The notes beneath the pieces are model-generated. The model did no database searches and was not told the DNA's origin. It saw only the letters and a list, made by a program, of their open reading frames with translations. Position numbers and translations under genes: made by a program. From an uncultured Patescibacteria group bacterium (lineage in GTDB: Bacteria; Patescibacteriota; Patescibacteriia; UBA2591; CALHIP01): a stretch of 64,000 nt of DNA. The DNA is taken from positions 13,180 through 77,179 of the forward strand of contig CALHIP010000007.1 in the NCBI GenBank assembly GCA_938030745.1. Direction: 5' to 3'. Below are positions 8,570 to 17,851 of the stretch, in pieces. How positions within the stretch are numbered: the stretch's first letter is position 1; each line of letters starts with the position of its first letter.

Positions 8570-9145
8570 ATAAAAAGGTTTTATCTTTAAATCTACAATT
8601 TTATCTCGGTAAACATAAATTATGGTTGTTTCACCAAATTTTGTAATTGCATTTCTTTCATTTACATCTGTATGTCCGTGTAAAAAATATTTTGGTTTTT
8701 TTTGTTGAATATACTCTCTTAAAGCTTTAAATCCTTGATGAGTTAATTCTTCAGGCTTGTCATTTATCCCATAAGGCGGAGAATGGGCAATCATTACATC
8801 AACAGATGGAAAATCTTTCAATAATTCAAAAGCTTCTTCTTGAGTATACATTATTGCTTCTTGACTATTCTTGTAACGAACACTACCTTCAAATCCGCCG
8901 AAGACTAAATTCTCAAATTCAAAAGTTTTCAAATGGATGTTAATAATGCCAAGTGATTCAAAATATTTACCAGAATCGTGATTTCCATATACTCCAATTT
9001 TTGGAATATTAGTTATCTCGGCTAATTCTTTAAGGGCAAAGAAATCTAAATCTCCAAGAGTACAAATTAATTTAACAGGTTCTCTTTCAAGAATCTTCTT
9101 TATCTTCTCTCTTGGTGGTCTATCAGCAATTGCTAAAATTCTCAT
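8558..9145 (-). CDS. calcineurin-like metallophosphoesterase (YfcE/MJ0936-like)
   Basis: Phosphoesterase motifs are present: D at MRILAIAD, GDLD, GNHD, and the GHTD/HGH motifs. Confidence 0.7.
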   Translation of the reverse strand: MRILAIADRPPREKIKKILEREPVKLICTLGDLDFFALKELAEITNIPKIGVYGNHDSGKYFESLGIINIHLKTFEFENLVFGGFEGSVRYKNSQEAIMYTQEEAFELLKDFPSVDVMIAHSPPYGINDKPEELTHQGFKALREYIQQKKPKYFLHGHTDVNERNAITKFGETTIIYVYRDKIVDLKIKPFYLNF

Positions 9146-9255
9146 AGTCTTTATTTTTCTAATTTTAGCAGTTTATGAACAGAGATCAAATAATTTTAAA
9201 TTCACTTTGGTATAATTATTTCATATAGTCTATCTTAGCAATTTAAATAATTAAA

Positions 9256-9690
9256 ATGCATCTAAATTTTATTTCAAAATCAGAGAAAGAAACTGAAAAT
9301 ATCGGAAATAAATTTGCTAAACAATTAAAAGGTGGTGAAGTTATTGGTTTAATTGGTGAATTAGGGACTGGTAAAACAGTTCTTGTTAGAAGTTTAGCTA
9401 AAGCTTTAGGAATCAAAAAATCAATTACTAGCCCATCTTTTGTTCTTTTGAAATTGTATAAAATTAAAAATTCAAAAATTAAAAATTTAGTCCATGTTGA
9501 TGCTTATCGATTAAAAAATGAAAAAGATTTAATTGAAATTGGTATCTTAGATTGGTTGAATAAAAAAGATACAGTTGTTGTTATTGAATGGGCTGAAAAA
9601 GTAAAAAAAATTTTGCCAAAGAAGGCAATTAAGGTTATAATTAAATTTGGTAAAAAAGAAAATGAAAGAATAATTAAGATTAAAAGATAA
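9256..9690 (+). CDS. tsaE: t6A biosynthesis ATPase TsaE (YjeE family)
   Basis: It has the P-loop GELGTGKT. It is about 144 aa. It sits next to tsaD. Confidence 0.75.
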   Translation: MHLNFISKSEKETENIGNKFAKQLKGGEVIGLIGELGTGKTVLVRSLAKALGIKKSITSPSFVLLKLYKIKNSKIKNLVHVDAYRLKNEKDLIEIGILDWLNKKDTVVVIEWAEKVKKILPKKAIKVIIKFGKKENERIIKIKR

Positions 9691-9701
9691 TATTTGTTTT
9701 T

Positions 9702-12038
9702 ATGGAAAAAGTTTATCAACCAAAAAAATACGAAGAAAAGATCTATCGGCTTTGGGAAAAGTCAGGATTTTTCAATCCTGATAAATTAGCTAAGAGAAAA
9801 AAAACTTATACGATTTCAATTCCGCCACCAAACGTGACTGGTTCCCTTCACATGGGTCATGCTTTAAATAGCGCAATCCAGGATATTTTGATTAGATTTT
9901 ATCGGATGAATGGTTATCGCACCCTTTGGCTACCAGGGATTGATCATGCTGGTATTGCTACCCAAAATGTTGTTGAAAAAGAATTAAAAAAAGAGGGATT
10001 AACTCGCCATCAGCTTGGCCGAGAAAAATTCGTTGAAAGAGTTTGGCAGTGGGTTAAACAATACGGCAATCTAATTATTGAGCAGTTTAAAAAACTGGGT
10101 TGCTCTTGCGATTGGTCTCGACAGAGATTTACCTTGGATAAAGAATATGCCAAGGCAGTGGAATTTGCTTTTATTCATTATTATAAGAAAGGACTAATCT
10201 ATCGTGGACCAAGAATTGTTAATTGGTGTCCAAGATGTGAGACTGCTATTTCTGATATTGAAGTGAAATACCAAGAGACGAAAGGAAAATTGTGGTATAT
10301 CAAATATAAATTCAAAATTCAAAATTCCATAGTTGTCGCAACAACAAGACCGGAAACAATGCTTGGTGATACAGCAGTAGCAGTCAATCCAAATGATGAA
10401 AGATATAAAAATTTAATTGGCCAAAAAGTTGTTTTACCATTAGTAAACCGTGAAATTCCAATTATTGCTCATCCTTTAGTTGATAAGGAATTTGGTACTG
10501 GCGCAGTAAAAGTTACTCCTGCTCATGACCCAATTGATTGGCAAATTGGTAAAGAAAAGAAATTAGCAGTGATTAATGTTATTGGACCAGATGGAAAAAT
10601 GACTCAAGAAGCAGGGAAATATGCTGGTTTATCAGTTTTAAAAGCAAGAGAGATGATTATTCAAGATTTAAAAAACCTTAATTTATTAGAAAAAGAAGAA
10701 GAATATACTTATAATATAGCTTTATGTGATCGCTGTCATACACCAATTGAACCTCAAATTTCTACTCAATGGTTTCTAAAGATGAAAGAATTAGCAAAAC
10801 CAGCTATCGAAGTAGTTAGAAAAAATAAAATAAAAATTATTCCTCAAAGATACAAAAAAGTTTATCTTAATTGGCTAAGCCGAGTTGAGGATTGGTGTAT
10901 CTCAAGACAATTATGGTGGGGACATCAATTACCTGTTTGGTTTTGTCAAAATCAAAAGGAAAAATTTATTGTTTCATTAAAAAAACCATTAAAATGTCCT
11001 TTCTGTGGTAGATGTAAAATGCAACAATCAGAAGAAGTATTAGATACATGGTTTTCTTCAGCCTTATGGCCATTTGCTACTTTAGGTTGGCCAAAAAAAA
11101 CAAAAGATTTTAAAAAATTTTATCCAACAGATTTTCTTTCTACTGCTCAAGAGATTTTGTATTTATGGGTAGCAAGAATGGTTTTTTCTTCATTAGAATT
11201 TACTGGCAAAATTCCTTTTAAAAGTGTTTATATCCACCCAACTGTTTTAGCTATTTCTGGTAAAAGAATGAGTAAATCATTAGGGACTGGCGTTGATCCT
11301 TTAGAAATTGGTGAGAAATTTGGTTTTGATGCAGTAAGAATGGGTTTGATTTATCAGATTAGCCGTGATCAACAGGCATTTAAATTTGACGAGAGAACAA
11401 TTTTGGCTAGTCGCAATTTTATCAATAAGCTTTGGAACATTGCTCGTTTTATTAAAATTTCAACAAAAAAAGATTCAAAATTTAAAATTCAAAATTTTCA
11501 ATTAAAATCATTGACTTTATTTGATAAATGGATATTAAGCAGGATCAATACAATTATTGATTCAACAACAAAAAAAATAAAAAACTATCAATTTGGTGAA
11601 GCAATTCGTGAGCTTTATGACTTCATCTGGCATGAATTTGCTGACTGGTATCTTGAAATTAGCAAGATTCAGATGGAAAATATCAAAACCAAAGACTCAA
11701 CTTTATTTATTCTTTATTATTCATTATTTAACATTCTTAAATTATTACATCCATTTATTCCTTTTGTTACAGAAGTAATTTGGCAGCAATTTTTTGCTCA
11801 AAAATTTTTGATGATGGAAAATTGGCCTAAGATAAATAAAAAATTTATCAATAAAAAAGTTGAAGAAGATTTTAAAAAAATAAAAAGTTTGATTGTTGAA
11901 ATTCGTAACTGGCGAAAAGAAAAAAATATTTTACCGCAAGAGATTATTGAATATCAAATAAATAAACCAGAAAAAATATTTTCGGAAAATAAAGAAATTA
12001 TTGAAAAATTAGCTAAAGTTAAGTTAAATTGTTCCTAA
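9702..12038 (+). CDS. valS: valyl-tRNA synthetase (short form lacking the C-terminal coiled coil)
   Basis: It has the HIGH motif (LHMGHALN) and KMSKS. The editing-domain and anticodon-binding regions are present. Confidence 0.9.
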   Translation: MEKVYQPKKYEEKIYRLWEKSGFFNPDKLAKRKKTYTISIPPPNVTGSLHMGHALNSAIQDILIRFYRMNGYRTLWLPGIDHAGIATQNVVEKELKKEGLTRHQLGREKFVERVWQWVKQYGNLIIEQFKKLGCSCDWSRQRFTLDKEYAKAVEFAFIHYYKKGLIYRGPRIVNWCPRCETAISDIEVKYQETKGKLWYIKYKFKIQNSIVVATTRPETMLGDTAVAVNPNDERYKNLIGQKVVLPLVNREIPIIAHPLVDKEFGTGAVKVTPAHDPIDWQIGKEKKLAVINVIGPDGKMTQEAGKYAGLSVLKAREMIIQDLKNLNLLEKEEEYTYNIALCDRCHTPIEPQISTQWFLKMKELAKPAIEVVRKNKIKIIPQRYKKVYLNWLSRVEDWCISRQLWWGHQLPVWFCQNQKEKFIVSLKKPLKCPFCGRCKMQQSEEVLDTWFSSALWPFATLGWPKKTKDFKKFYPTDFLSTAQEILYLWVARMVFSSLEFTGKIPFKSVYIHPTVLAISGKRMSKSLGTGVDPLEIGEKFGFDAVRMGLIYQISRDQQAFKFDERTILASRNFINKLWNIARFIKISTKKDSKFKIQNFQLKSLTLFDKWILSRINTIIDSTTKKIKNYQFGEAIRELYDFIWHEFADWYLEISKIQMENIKTKDSTLFILYYSLFNILKLLHPFIPFVTEVIWQQFFAQKFLMMENWPKINKKFINKKVEEDFKKIKSLIVEIRNWRKEKNILPQEIIEYQINKPEKIFSENKEIIEKLAKVKLNCS

Positions 12039-13268
12039 TTGCCAACTTCTAAGGTATCTTTTTTGTTTTTTAGTTAACCGATCAATCTTTATTCCTAAAG
12101 ACTTAAGTTTTAAAAAAGCAATTTTTTCCTCAAGTTGTTCAGGAAGAAAATAAACTTTTGGAATTAATTTTTTTGCATTTTTAGCTAAATATTCTTGAGC
12201 TAATGCTTGACTAGCAAAACTTAGATCCATAACTTCAGAAGGATGGCCTTCAGCTGAAGCTAAATTGACTAAACGGCCTTCAGCTAATAAATAAATTTTT
12301 TTACCATTTTTTAAAATAAACTCCTCAAGATTGTTTCTAATTAATCTTTTTTGTTTAGCAAGCTTGTTTAAATCTTTTAGATTTATTTCAACATTAAAAT
12401 GACCAGCATTAGCTAAAATAGCACCATTCTTCATTTTTAGAAAGTGCTCTTTTCTTAAAACATCAATGTTGCCAGTGACAGTCACAAAGATATCACCAAT
12501 TTTTGCTGCTTTATAAGAAGGTAAGACTTCAAAACCATCCATTTTTGCCTCAAGCGCTTTAATTGGGTCTTTTTCGCAAACAAAAACTTGAGCACCCATA
12601 CCTTTAGCTCTTTGGCTTAAACCTTTACCACAGAAACCGTAGCCAAAAACAACAAAATTTTTTCCAGCTAAGAGGATATTAGTTGCTCTTAAGATTCCAT
12701 CAATTGTTGATTGGCCAGTTCCATAACGATTATCAAAAAGATTTTTTATTTTCGCTTCATTAACAGCAATCACCGGAAAAAGAAGTTTATTTTCTTTTTC
12801 TAAATTTTTGATTCTTAAAACACCAGTTGTTGTTTCTTCAGAAGCACCTAAAACTCTTTGTTTTTTTCTTATTGCTAGACTAATTAAATCTGCTCCATCA
12901 TCAATTAACAAGTCGGGATTAAAAGATAAAACTTTTTTAAGCGCTTTCTGATAATATCCAAGAGTTTCACCTCGATAAGCAAAAATAGGAATTTTAAAAT
13001 AAAAAGAAAGAGCAGCCATAACTTCGTCTTGAGTTGATAAAGGATTTGAGGCACAAAGGAAGACTTTTGCTCCACCTATTTTAAGACAACGAATTAAATT
13101 CGCTGTCTCAGTTGTAATATGTAAGCAAGCACCAATTTTTAGATTTTTAAAAGGTTTAGTTTTAGCAAAATTTCTAGCGATTAAAGATAAAACCGGCATC
13201 CGAGAAAATGCCCAATTGATTTTCTTTTTTCCTATTGGTGCTAATTTTTTTAAGTTTATTTTTTTCAT
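12024..13268 (-). CDS. ahcY: adenosylhomocysteinase (S-adenosyl-L-homocysteine hydrolase)
   Basis: The NAD-binding motif GYGFCGKG and conserved AhcY N-terminal blocks are present. Confidence 0.85.
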   Translation of the reverse strand: MKKINLKKLAPIGKKKINWAFSRMPVLSLIARNFAKTKPFKNLKIGACLHITTETANLIRCLKIGGAKVFLCASNPLSTQDEVMAALSFYFKIPIFAYRGETLGYYQKALKKVLSFNPDLLIDDGADLISLAIRKKQRVLGASEETTTGVLRIKNLEKENKLLFPVIAVNEAKIKNLFDNRYGTGQSTIDGILRATNILLAGKNFVVFGYGFCGKGLSQRAKGMGAQVFVCEKDPIKALEAKMDGFEVLPSYKAAKIGDIFVTVTGNIDVLRKEHFLKMKNGAILANAGHFNVEINLKDLNKLAKQKRLIRNNLEEFILKNGKKIYLLAEGRLVNLASAEGHPSEVMDLSFASQALAQEYLAKNAKKLIPKVYFLPEQLEEKIAFLKLKSLGIKIDRLTKKQKRYLRSWQLGTI

Positions 13269-13270
13269 AA

Positions 13271-14935
13271 TTACACAACTCTAAAAACTTCTTCAACTGT
13301 CGTTATTCCTTTGATAGCCTTTAAAATTCCATCTTGAGCCATTGTTATCATTTTTTGTTCTTTTAAAACTTTTCTCATTTCATCTTCTGAAAGAGTTGTT
13401 TTTAAAATTAATTTTTCAATTTCAGAATTATTGATAAAAAATTCAAAGATACCAATTCTTCCTTTATAGCCAATATTTTGACAAGATTCACAACCTTTAC
13501 CTTGGTAAAATTTTAATTTCTTAAAATCAATTTCTTTTTTTTCTTCTTCTGGAAGATCATCAAGAATTTTTTTTACTTTCTCTTCTAATTCAGAAGGGAG
13601 TTTCGTTTCTTCCTTACAATTTTGACAAATTCTTCTAACCAATCTTTGACCCATGATCATGGTTAAAGCTGGAGCTAAAAGAAATGGTTTAACTCCTAAA
13701 GCCAAAAATCGTGGGATTGCTCCAGCTGCATCGTTAGTATGTAAAGTTGAAAGAACAAGGTGGCCAGTTAAAGCAGCTTGAATTGAAACTTCAGCTGTTT
13801 CTTGATCTCTGATCTCGCCAATCATAATAATATCAGGATCATGTCTCATAATTGATCTGAAATTTTTAGCAAAAGTTTGTCCCTTTGAATAATCAATCTG
13901 AGTTTGAATAACCCCCTTTAATTCGTATTCAATTGGATCTTCTAAAGTAATGATTTTAACTTCCGGCCTAGCTAACTTAGATAAAATCGCATAAAGAGTT
14001 GTTGTTTTTCCAGCTCCGGTTGGACCAGTAACAATAATCATTCCATTTGGTCGAGAAATTTCTTTTTTGACTATTTCAAGAGATTTTTCTCTTAAACCAA
14101 GATTTTCTAAACTAATCTGATAAGATGGCATTAAAAGTCGGATAACTACACTTTCTCCAAAAGAACTTGGAACAGTTGAAACCCTGACATCAATTTTTTC
14201 TTCTTTAAAGAAGATTGAAAAATGACCATCTTGTGGTTGGTCAGTAATATTAATTTTTAAACCAGATAAAAGTTTTATTCTTGAGATAACTGGCGGCCAT
14301 AATTTTTTAGAAATTAGAGCAACATCATGCAAAATACCATCAATTCGAAAACGAAATTTTATCTTCTCTTCTTCTGGTTCAAGATGAATATCTGAAGCTC
14401 TTGATTTTATGGCAGTAGCAATAACTAAAGTTACTAAATCAGAAAGTGAACATTTTTGGATCTCTCTTTGTAAATCAGAAAAATTTTTTATTTTTGTTTG
14501 ATAATTTAAAAGGTCTTCCTCTGTGATTTCTACTCCTTTTTCTCTCTTTTTAATTTTTGGTAAACTTTTATAAAGTTTTAAAGCTGATAAAAAACTATTC
14601 TCAGAAGTAAGATAGAGGAAGACCTCTAAATTAGTTTCATTTTCTATTTTTGTTTTTAATTCTAAAACTTCTGGTTTAAAAGGATCAAGAACAGCTAAAT
14701 TAACTTTCCTTTCATCTAAAAAAAATGGAATAAGACCATTTTTTTCTGCTTCTTCTTGAGAAACAATTCTTAAAGTTTCTGGCGGAATAGAAAAACCTTT
14801 TAGATTAACATAAGGTAGGCCAAGAGCAACTGCTTTTTTCTGTGTTTCTTCTTCTATTTTTTTAATTTTTAGCTCTTCAAGTTTCCTTTTAAGCTCTAAC
14901 CTTTTATCTTCGGGCTGGGCGTATTTTTGATCCAT
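13271..14935 (-). CDS. pilB: type IV pilus assembly / type II secretion ATPase (PilB/GspE family)
   Basis: It has a GspII_E N-domain, a Walker A (GPTGAGKTTT) and a C-terminal tetra-Cys motif. Confidence 0.8.
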   Translation of the reverse strand: MDQKYAQPEDKRLELKRKLEELKIKKIEEETQKKAVALGLPYVNLKGFSIPPETLRIVSQEEAEKNGLIPFFLDERKVNLAVLDPFKPEVLELKTKIENETNLEVFLYLTSENSFLSALKLYKSLPKIKKREKGVEITEEDLLNYQTKIKNFSDLQREIQKCSLSDLVTLVIATAIKSRASDIHLEPEEEKIKFRFRIDGILHDVALISKKLWPPVISRIKLLSGLKINITDQPQDGHFSIFFKEEKIDVRVSTVPSSFGESVVIRLLMPSYQISLENLGLREKSLEIVKKEISRPNGMIIVTGPTGAGKTTTLYAILSKLARPEVKIITLEDPIEYELKGVIQTQIDYSKGQTFAKNFRSIMRHDPDIIMIGEIRDQETAEVSIQAALTGHLVLSTLHTNDAAGAIPRFLALGVKPFLLAPALTMIMGQRLVRRICQNCKEETKLPSELEEKVKKILDDLPEEEKKEIDFKKLKFYQGKGCESCQNIGYKGRIGIFEFFINNSEIEKLILKTTLSEDEMRKVLKEQKMITMAQDGILKAIKGITTVEEVFRVV

Positions 14936-14958
14936 ATTGGATTATTATACCATTTTCC

Positions 14959-16335
14959 TTATCGATTATAAATCCTCTGCCGGATAAGCTCTATTTCTTG
15001 CTTAATCCTTCCTTCTTCTTCAACCTCTTTTTTAATCTTCTGCCAAGCATGAATGGCAGTGGTATGATCTCGATTACCTAATTCTTTACCAATTAAAGGA
15101 AAAGAGGCATTAATTTCTTCTCTTAATAGATACATCGCTACTTGACGAGGAATAACCAGTTCTTTTTTTCGAGAAGGACTGATCAATTCTGAAAGTTTTA
15201 GATTATAAAAGTCAGCAACAATCTGAAGTAATTCTTTTGGCGAAAGAGCCGCTTTCCTTGGGAGATTAATTAAGCTATCAACAATTTTTTTTGTCTCTTC
15301 TAAAGAAAATGGCAATTTGTTTAACTCATGGAAAGCAATGACTTTATTTAAAGCACCTTCAAGTTGGCGGACATTATTTTGGATATGAGTGGCAATATAT
15401 TGAACAATTTCCTTTGGTAGCTCAACATTTCTTTCCTTTGCTTTTCTTTCTAGAATAGCAATTCTTGTTTCTAAATCAGGTGGTGAAATATCAACAATCA
15501 TACCTCCTTCAAAGCGAGAAATTAGTCTTTCTTCAATAGCAGGAATAACCCTTGGTGGTCGATCAGAAGTTAAAACAATTTGTTTATCTTTCTGATAAAG
15601 AGTATTAAAGGTGTGAAAAAATTCTTCCTGAACTGCTTCTTTGCCAGCAAAAAATTGGACATCATCAACCAAAAGGACATCTTGAACTCGATAATTTTTT
15701 TTAAAGACATCCATTTTTCTCTCTCTAATTGCTTTAATGAACTCATTAGTAAATCTTTCAGCACTAATATATAATACTTTCTTTTTTTTATCAGTCTTTA
15801 AAATCTTATTCCCGATTGCCTGAAGAAGATGTGTTTTTCCTAAACCAACTCCACCGTAAATAAAAAGAGGGTTATATTTTTTTCCAGGAGCTTGAGCAAC
15901 AGCTACGGAGGCAGCAAAAGCAAGTTCATTTCCTTTACCGACAACAAAATTTTCAAAAGAGTAACGAGAATTTAAACCATGTTTGTTAGTCTCTAATTCT
16001 TTCGTTTCACTCTCTTCTTTAATTATTTCTTCTAAACTAACAAATCTTTTTTCTATTGAAGGAGGAATTTTTGTCTCAATTTTATAAACGATATTTTTTA
16101 TCTTATTATTAGTTGCATTTTGTAAAATATCTAAAATCATTTTATGATATTTTTTCTCAAACCAGAGTCTAGTAAATTCGTTTGGTAAAGAAATAACAAC
16201 TGTTTCGCCGTCATCTTCAATTGAAGAAATATAGGCATTTTTAAACCAAGTCATAAAATTAGCCCGTGAAAGCTGGAGCTCCATTTCTCCTAAAACAATT
16301 TGCCATAATTTTTCTTTTGTTAATTCGTTATTCAT
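14959..16335 (-). CDS. dnaA: chromosomal replication initiator DnaA
   Basis: The AAA+ Walker A is GGVGLGKTHL. The C-terminal DNA-binding signature is GKELGNRDHTTAIHAWQKI. Confidence 0.9.
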   Translation of the reverse strand: MNNELTKEKLWQIVLGEMELQLSRANFMTWFKNAYISSIEDDGETVVISLPNEFTRLWFEKKYHKMILDILQNATNNKIKNIVYKIETKIPPSIEKRFVSLEEIIKEESETKELETNKHGLNSRYSFENFVVGKGNELAFAASVAVAQAPGKKYNPLFIYGGVGLGKTHLLQAIGNKILKTDKKKKVLYISAERFTNEFIKAIRERKMDVFKKNYRVQDVLLVDDVQFFAGKEAVQEEFFHTFNTLYQKDKQIVLTSDRPPRVIPAIEERLISRFEGGMIVDISPPDLETRIAILERKAKERNVELPKEIVQYIATHIQNNVRQLEGALNKVIAFHELNKLPFSLEETKKIVDSLINLPRKAALSPKELLQIVADFYNLKLSELISPSRKKELVIPRQVAMYLLREEINASFPLIGKELGNRDHTTAIHAWQKIKKEVEEEGRIKQEIELIRQRIYNR

Positions 16336-16487
16336 ATAAAATCAATTTTTAATTTATTTTATTATAATTTAAAAAGAAAGAAAGCAAAAATGGTGGATAA
16401 GATGGGGATGAATTGTGGAAAAATAAAAAACCTTGCTCTATTTTTTTCCTCTGTTATAATAAATTTTACTTAATAACCTTATAAACC
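16336..16487. promoter_or_regulatory. divergent dnaA / rpmF control region; an extended -10 promoter for rpmF; a candidate minimal oriC, or dnaA autoregulatory boxes
   Basis: Two 8/9 DnaA-box matches are present (GGTGGATAA at 16392-16400 and TTGTGGAAA). An AT-rich tract lies immediately upstream of dnaA. TGTTATAAT sits just upstream of rpmF. Confidence 0.35.
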
Positions 16488-16673
16488 ATGGCTCTACCTT
16501 CAAAAAAAAGACCAAGAAGTGAAAAAAGAAAAAGAAGGATTAATCAAAGGCTTAAAAAAATAACCTATTCTTTTTGTCCTCAATGTAAAAGACCGTTAAA
16601 GCCTCATCATTTTTGTCCATTTTGTGGTACTTACAAAGGAGAAGAAGTTATCAAATTAAAATTAAAAAAATAA
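16488..16673 (+). CDS. rpmF: 50S ribosomal protein L32 (bL32) with a zinc ribbon
   Basis: The sequence is MALPSKKRPRSEKRKRR...CPQCK...CPFCG. Confidence 0.85.
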   Translation: MALPSKKRPRSEKRKRRINQRLKKITYSFCPQCKRPLKPHHFCPFCGTYKGEEVIKLKLKK

Positions 16674-16679
16674 TTTTAT

Positions 16680-17171
16680 ATGAGCAGTCGTCGTTTAGCG
16701 AGAATAGTTACTTTTCAAATTCTTTTCCAATTAGATTTTTCTGGTTTTTTTGAAAAGAAAACAAAACAAGAAAAAGATTTAAAAGAGATTTTAGATTATA
16801 ATTTTAAAAAATTTCTTTCTTCCTCTGAAGATAAAGATTTTTCCAAAAAATTAATTTTTGAAATAATAAAAAAATCAGAAGAAATAGATAAATTAATTAA
16901 AAAATTTGCTCCTCAATGGCCAATCAATCAGATTTCTTTAGTTGATAGGAATATTTTAAGAATAGGAATAGCGGAGCTTGTTTTTTTAAAAGAGGTTCCT
17001 GAAAAGGTAGCTATTAATGAGGCAATAGAAATAGCAAAAACATTCGGTTCTGAAACATCTGGTCGATTTATCAATGGTGTTTTAGGAGCAATTTATGAAG
17101 AGTTAAAGGGAAAAGCGAAAAATCAATTTAATAAGGAAAATAATCATGGAAAAGAAATTAAACAATCTTGA
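16680..17171 (+). CDS. nusB: transcription antitermination factor NusB
   Basis: The N-terminus [17 protein letters not shown] is conserved. The central motif [17 protein letters not shown] is conserved. Confidence 0.8.
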   Translation: MSSRRLARIVTFQILFQLDFSGFFEKKTKQEKDLKEILDYNFKKFLSSSEDKDFSKKLIFEIIKKSEEIDKLIKKFAPQWPINQISLVDRNILRIGIAELVFLKEVPEKVAINEAIEIAKTFGSETSGRFINGVLGAIYEELKGKAKNQFNKENNHGKEIKQS

Positions 17172-17844
17172 AAAAAAAATAAAAATTAAATTTAAAAATC
17201 AGAATCTCCTTCGTCAGGCTCTTATTCATCGTTCATATTTAAATGAACATCCTGAAGAAAAATTAGATGATAATGAAAGATTAGAATTCTTAGGCGATGC
17301 AATCATTGAATTCGTTGTTACTGAATATCTTTATAAAAATTATAAAGAACCAGAAGGAATTTTAACATCTTGGCGGGCTGGTTTGGTTAATGCAAAAAGA
17401 TTGGCAAAGATAGCTCGTGAAATTTCTTTGGATAAATATCTTTATCTCTCCAAAGGTGAACTTCTTTCTTCTTCGGAAAAAGCAAGAGAAAATATTTTAG
17501 CTAATAGTCTTGAAGCTTTAATTGGTGCTATTTTCCTAGATCAAGGAATTAAGAAAGCAAAAAAATTTATTAGAGAAAAAATAATTTCAAAACTTCCTTT
17601 CATTTTAAAATATAAACTTTTCCAAGATCCAAAAAGTAAATTTCAGGAATTAGCCCAAGCAGATTTTAAAATTACTCCAACTTATAAAGTTTTGAAAGAA
17701 ACAGGTCCTGATCATTTAAAAGAATTTACTGTTGGTGTTTTTCTTAATCAAAAACTTATTGCCAAAGGAAAAGGGAAAAGTAAACAAGAGGCAGAGATAA
17801 AAGCAGCAAAAATAGCCTTAAGAAAATATAAAACTATTAAATAA
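17146..17844 (+). CDS. rnc: ribonuclease III
   Basis: The signature is [22 protein letters not shown]-terminal dsRBD is present. Confidence 0.9.
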   Translation: MEKKLNNLEKKIKIKFKNQNLLRQALIHRSYLNEHPEEKLDDNERLEFLGDAIIEFVVTEYLYKNYKEPEGILTSWRAGLVNAKRLAKIAREISLDKYLYLSKGELLSSSEKARENILANSLEALIGAIFLDQGIKKAKKFIREKIISKLPFILKYKLFQDPKSKFQELAQADFKITPTYKVLKETGPDHLKEFTVGVFLNQKLIAKGKGKSKQEAEIKAAKIALRKYKTIK

Positions 17845-17851
17845 TTGGTTT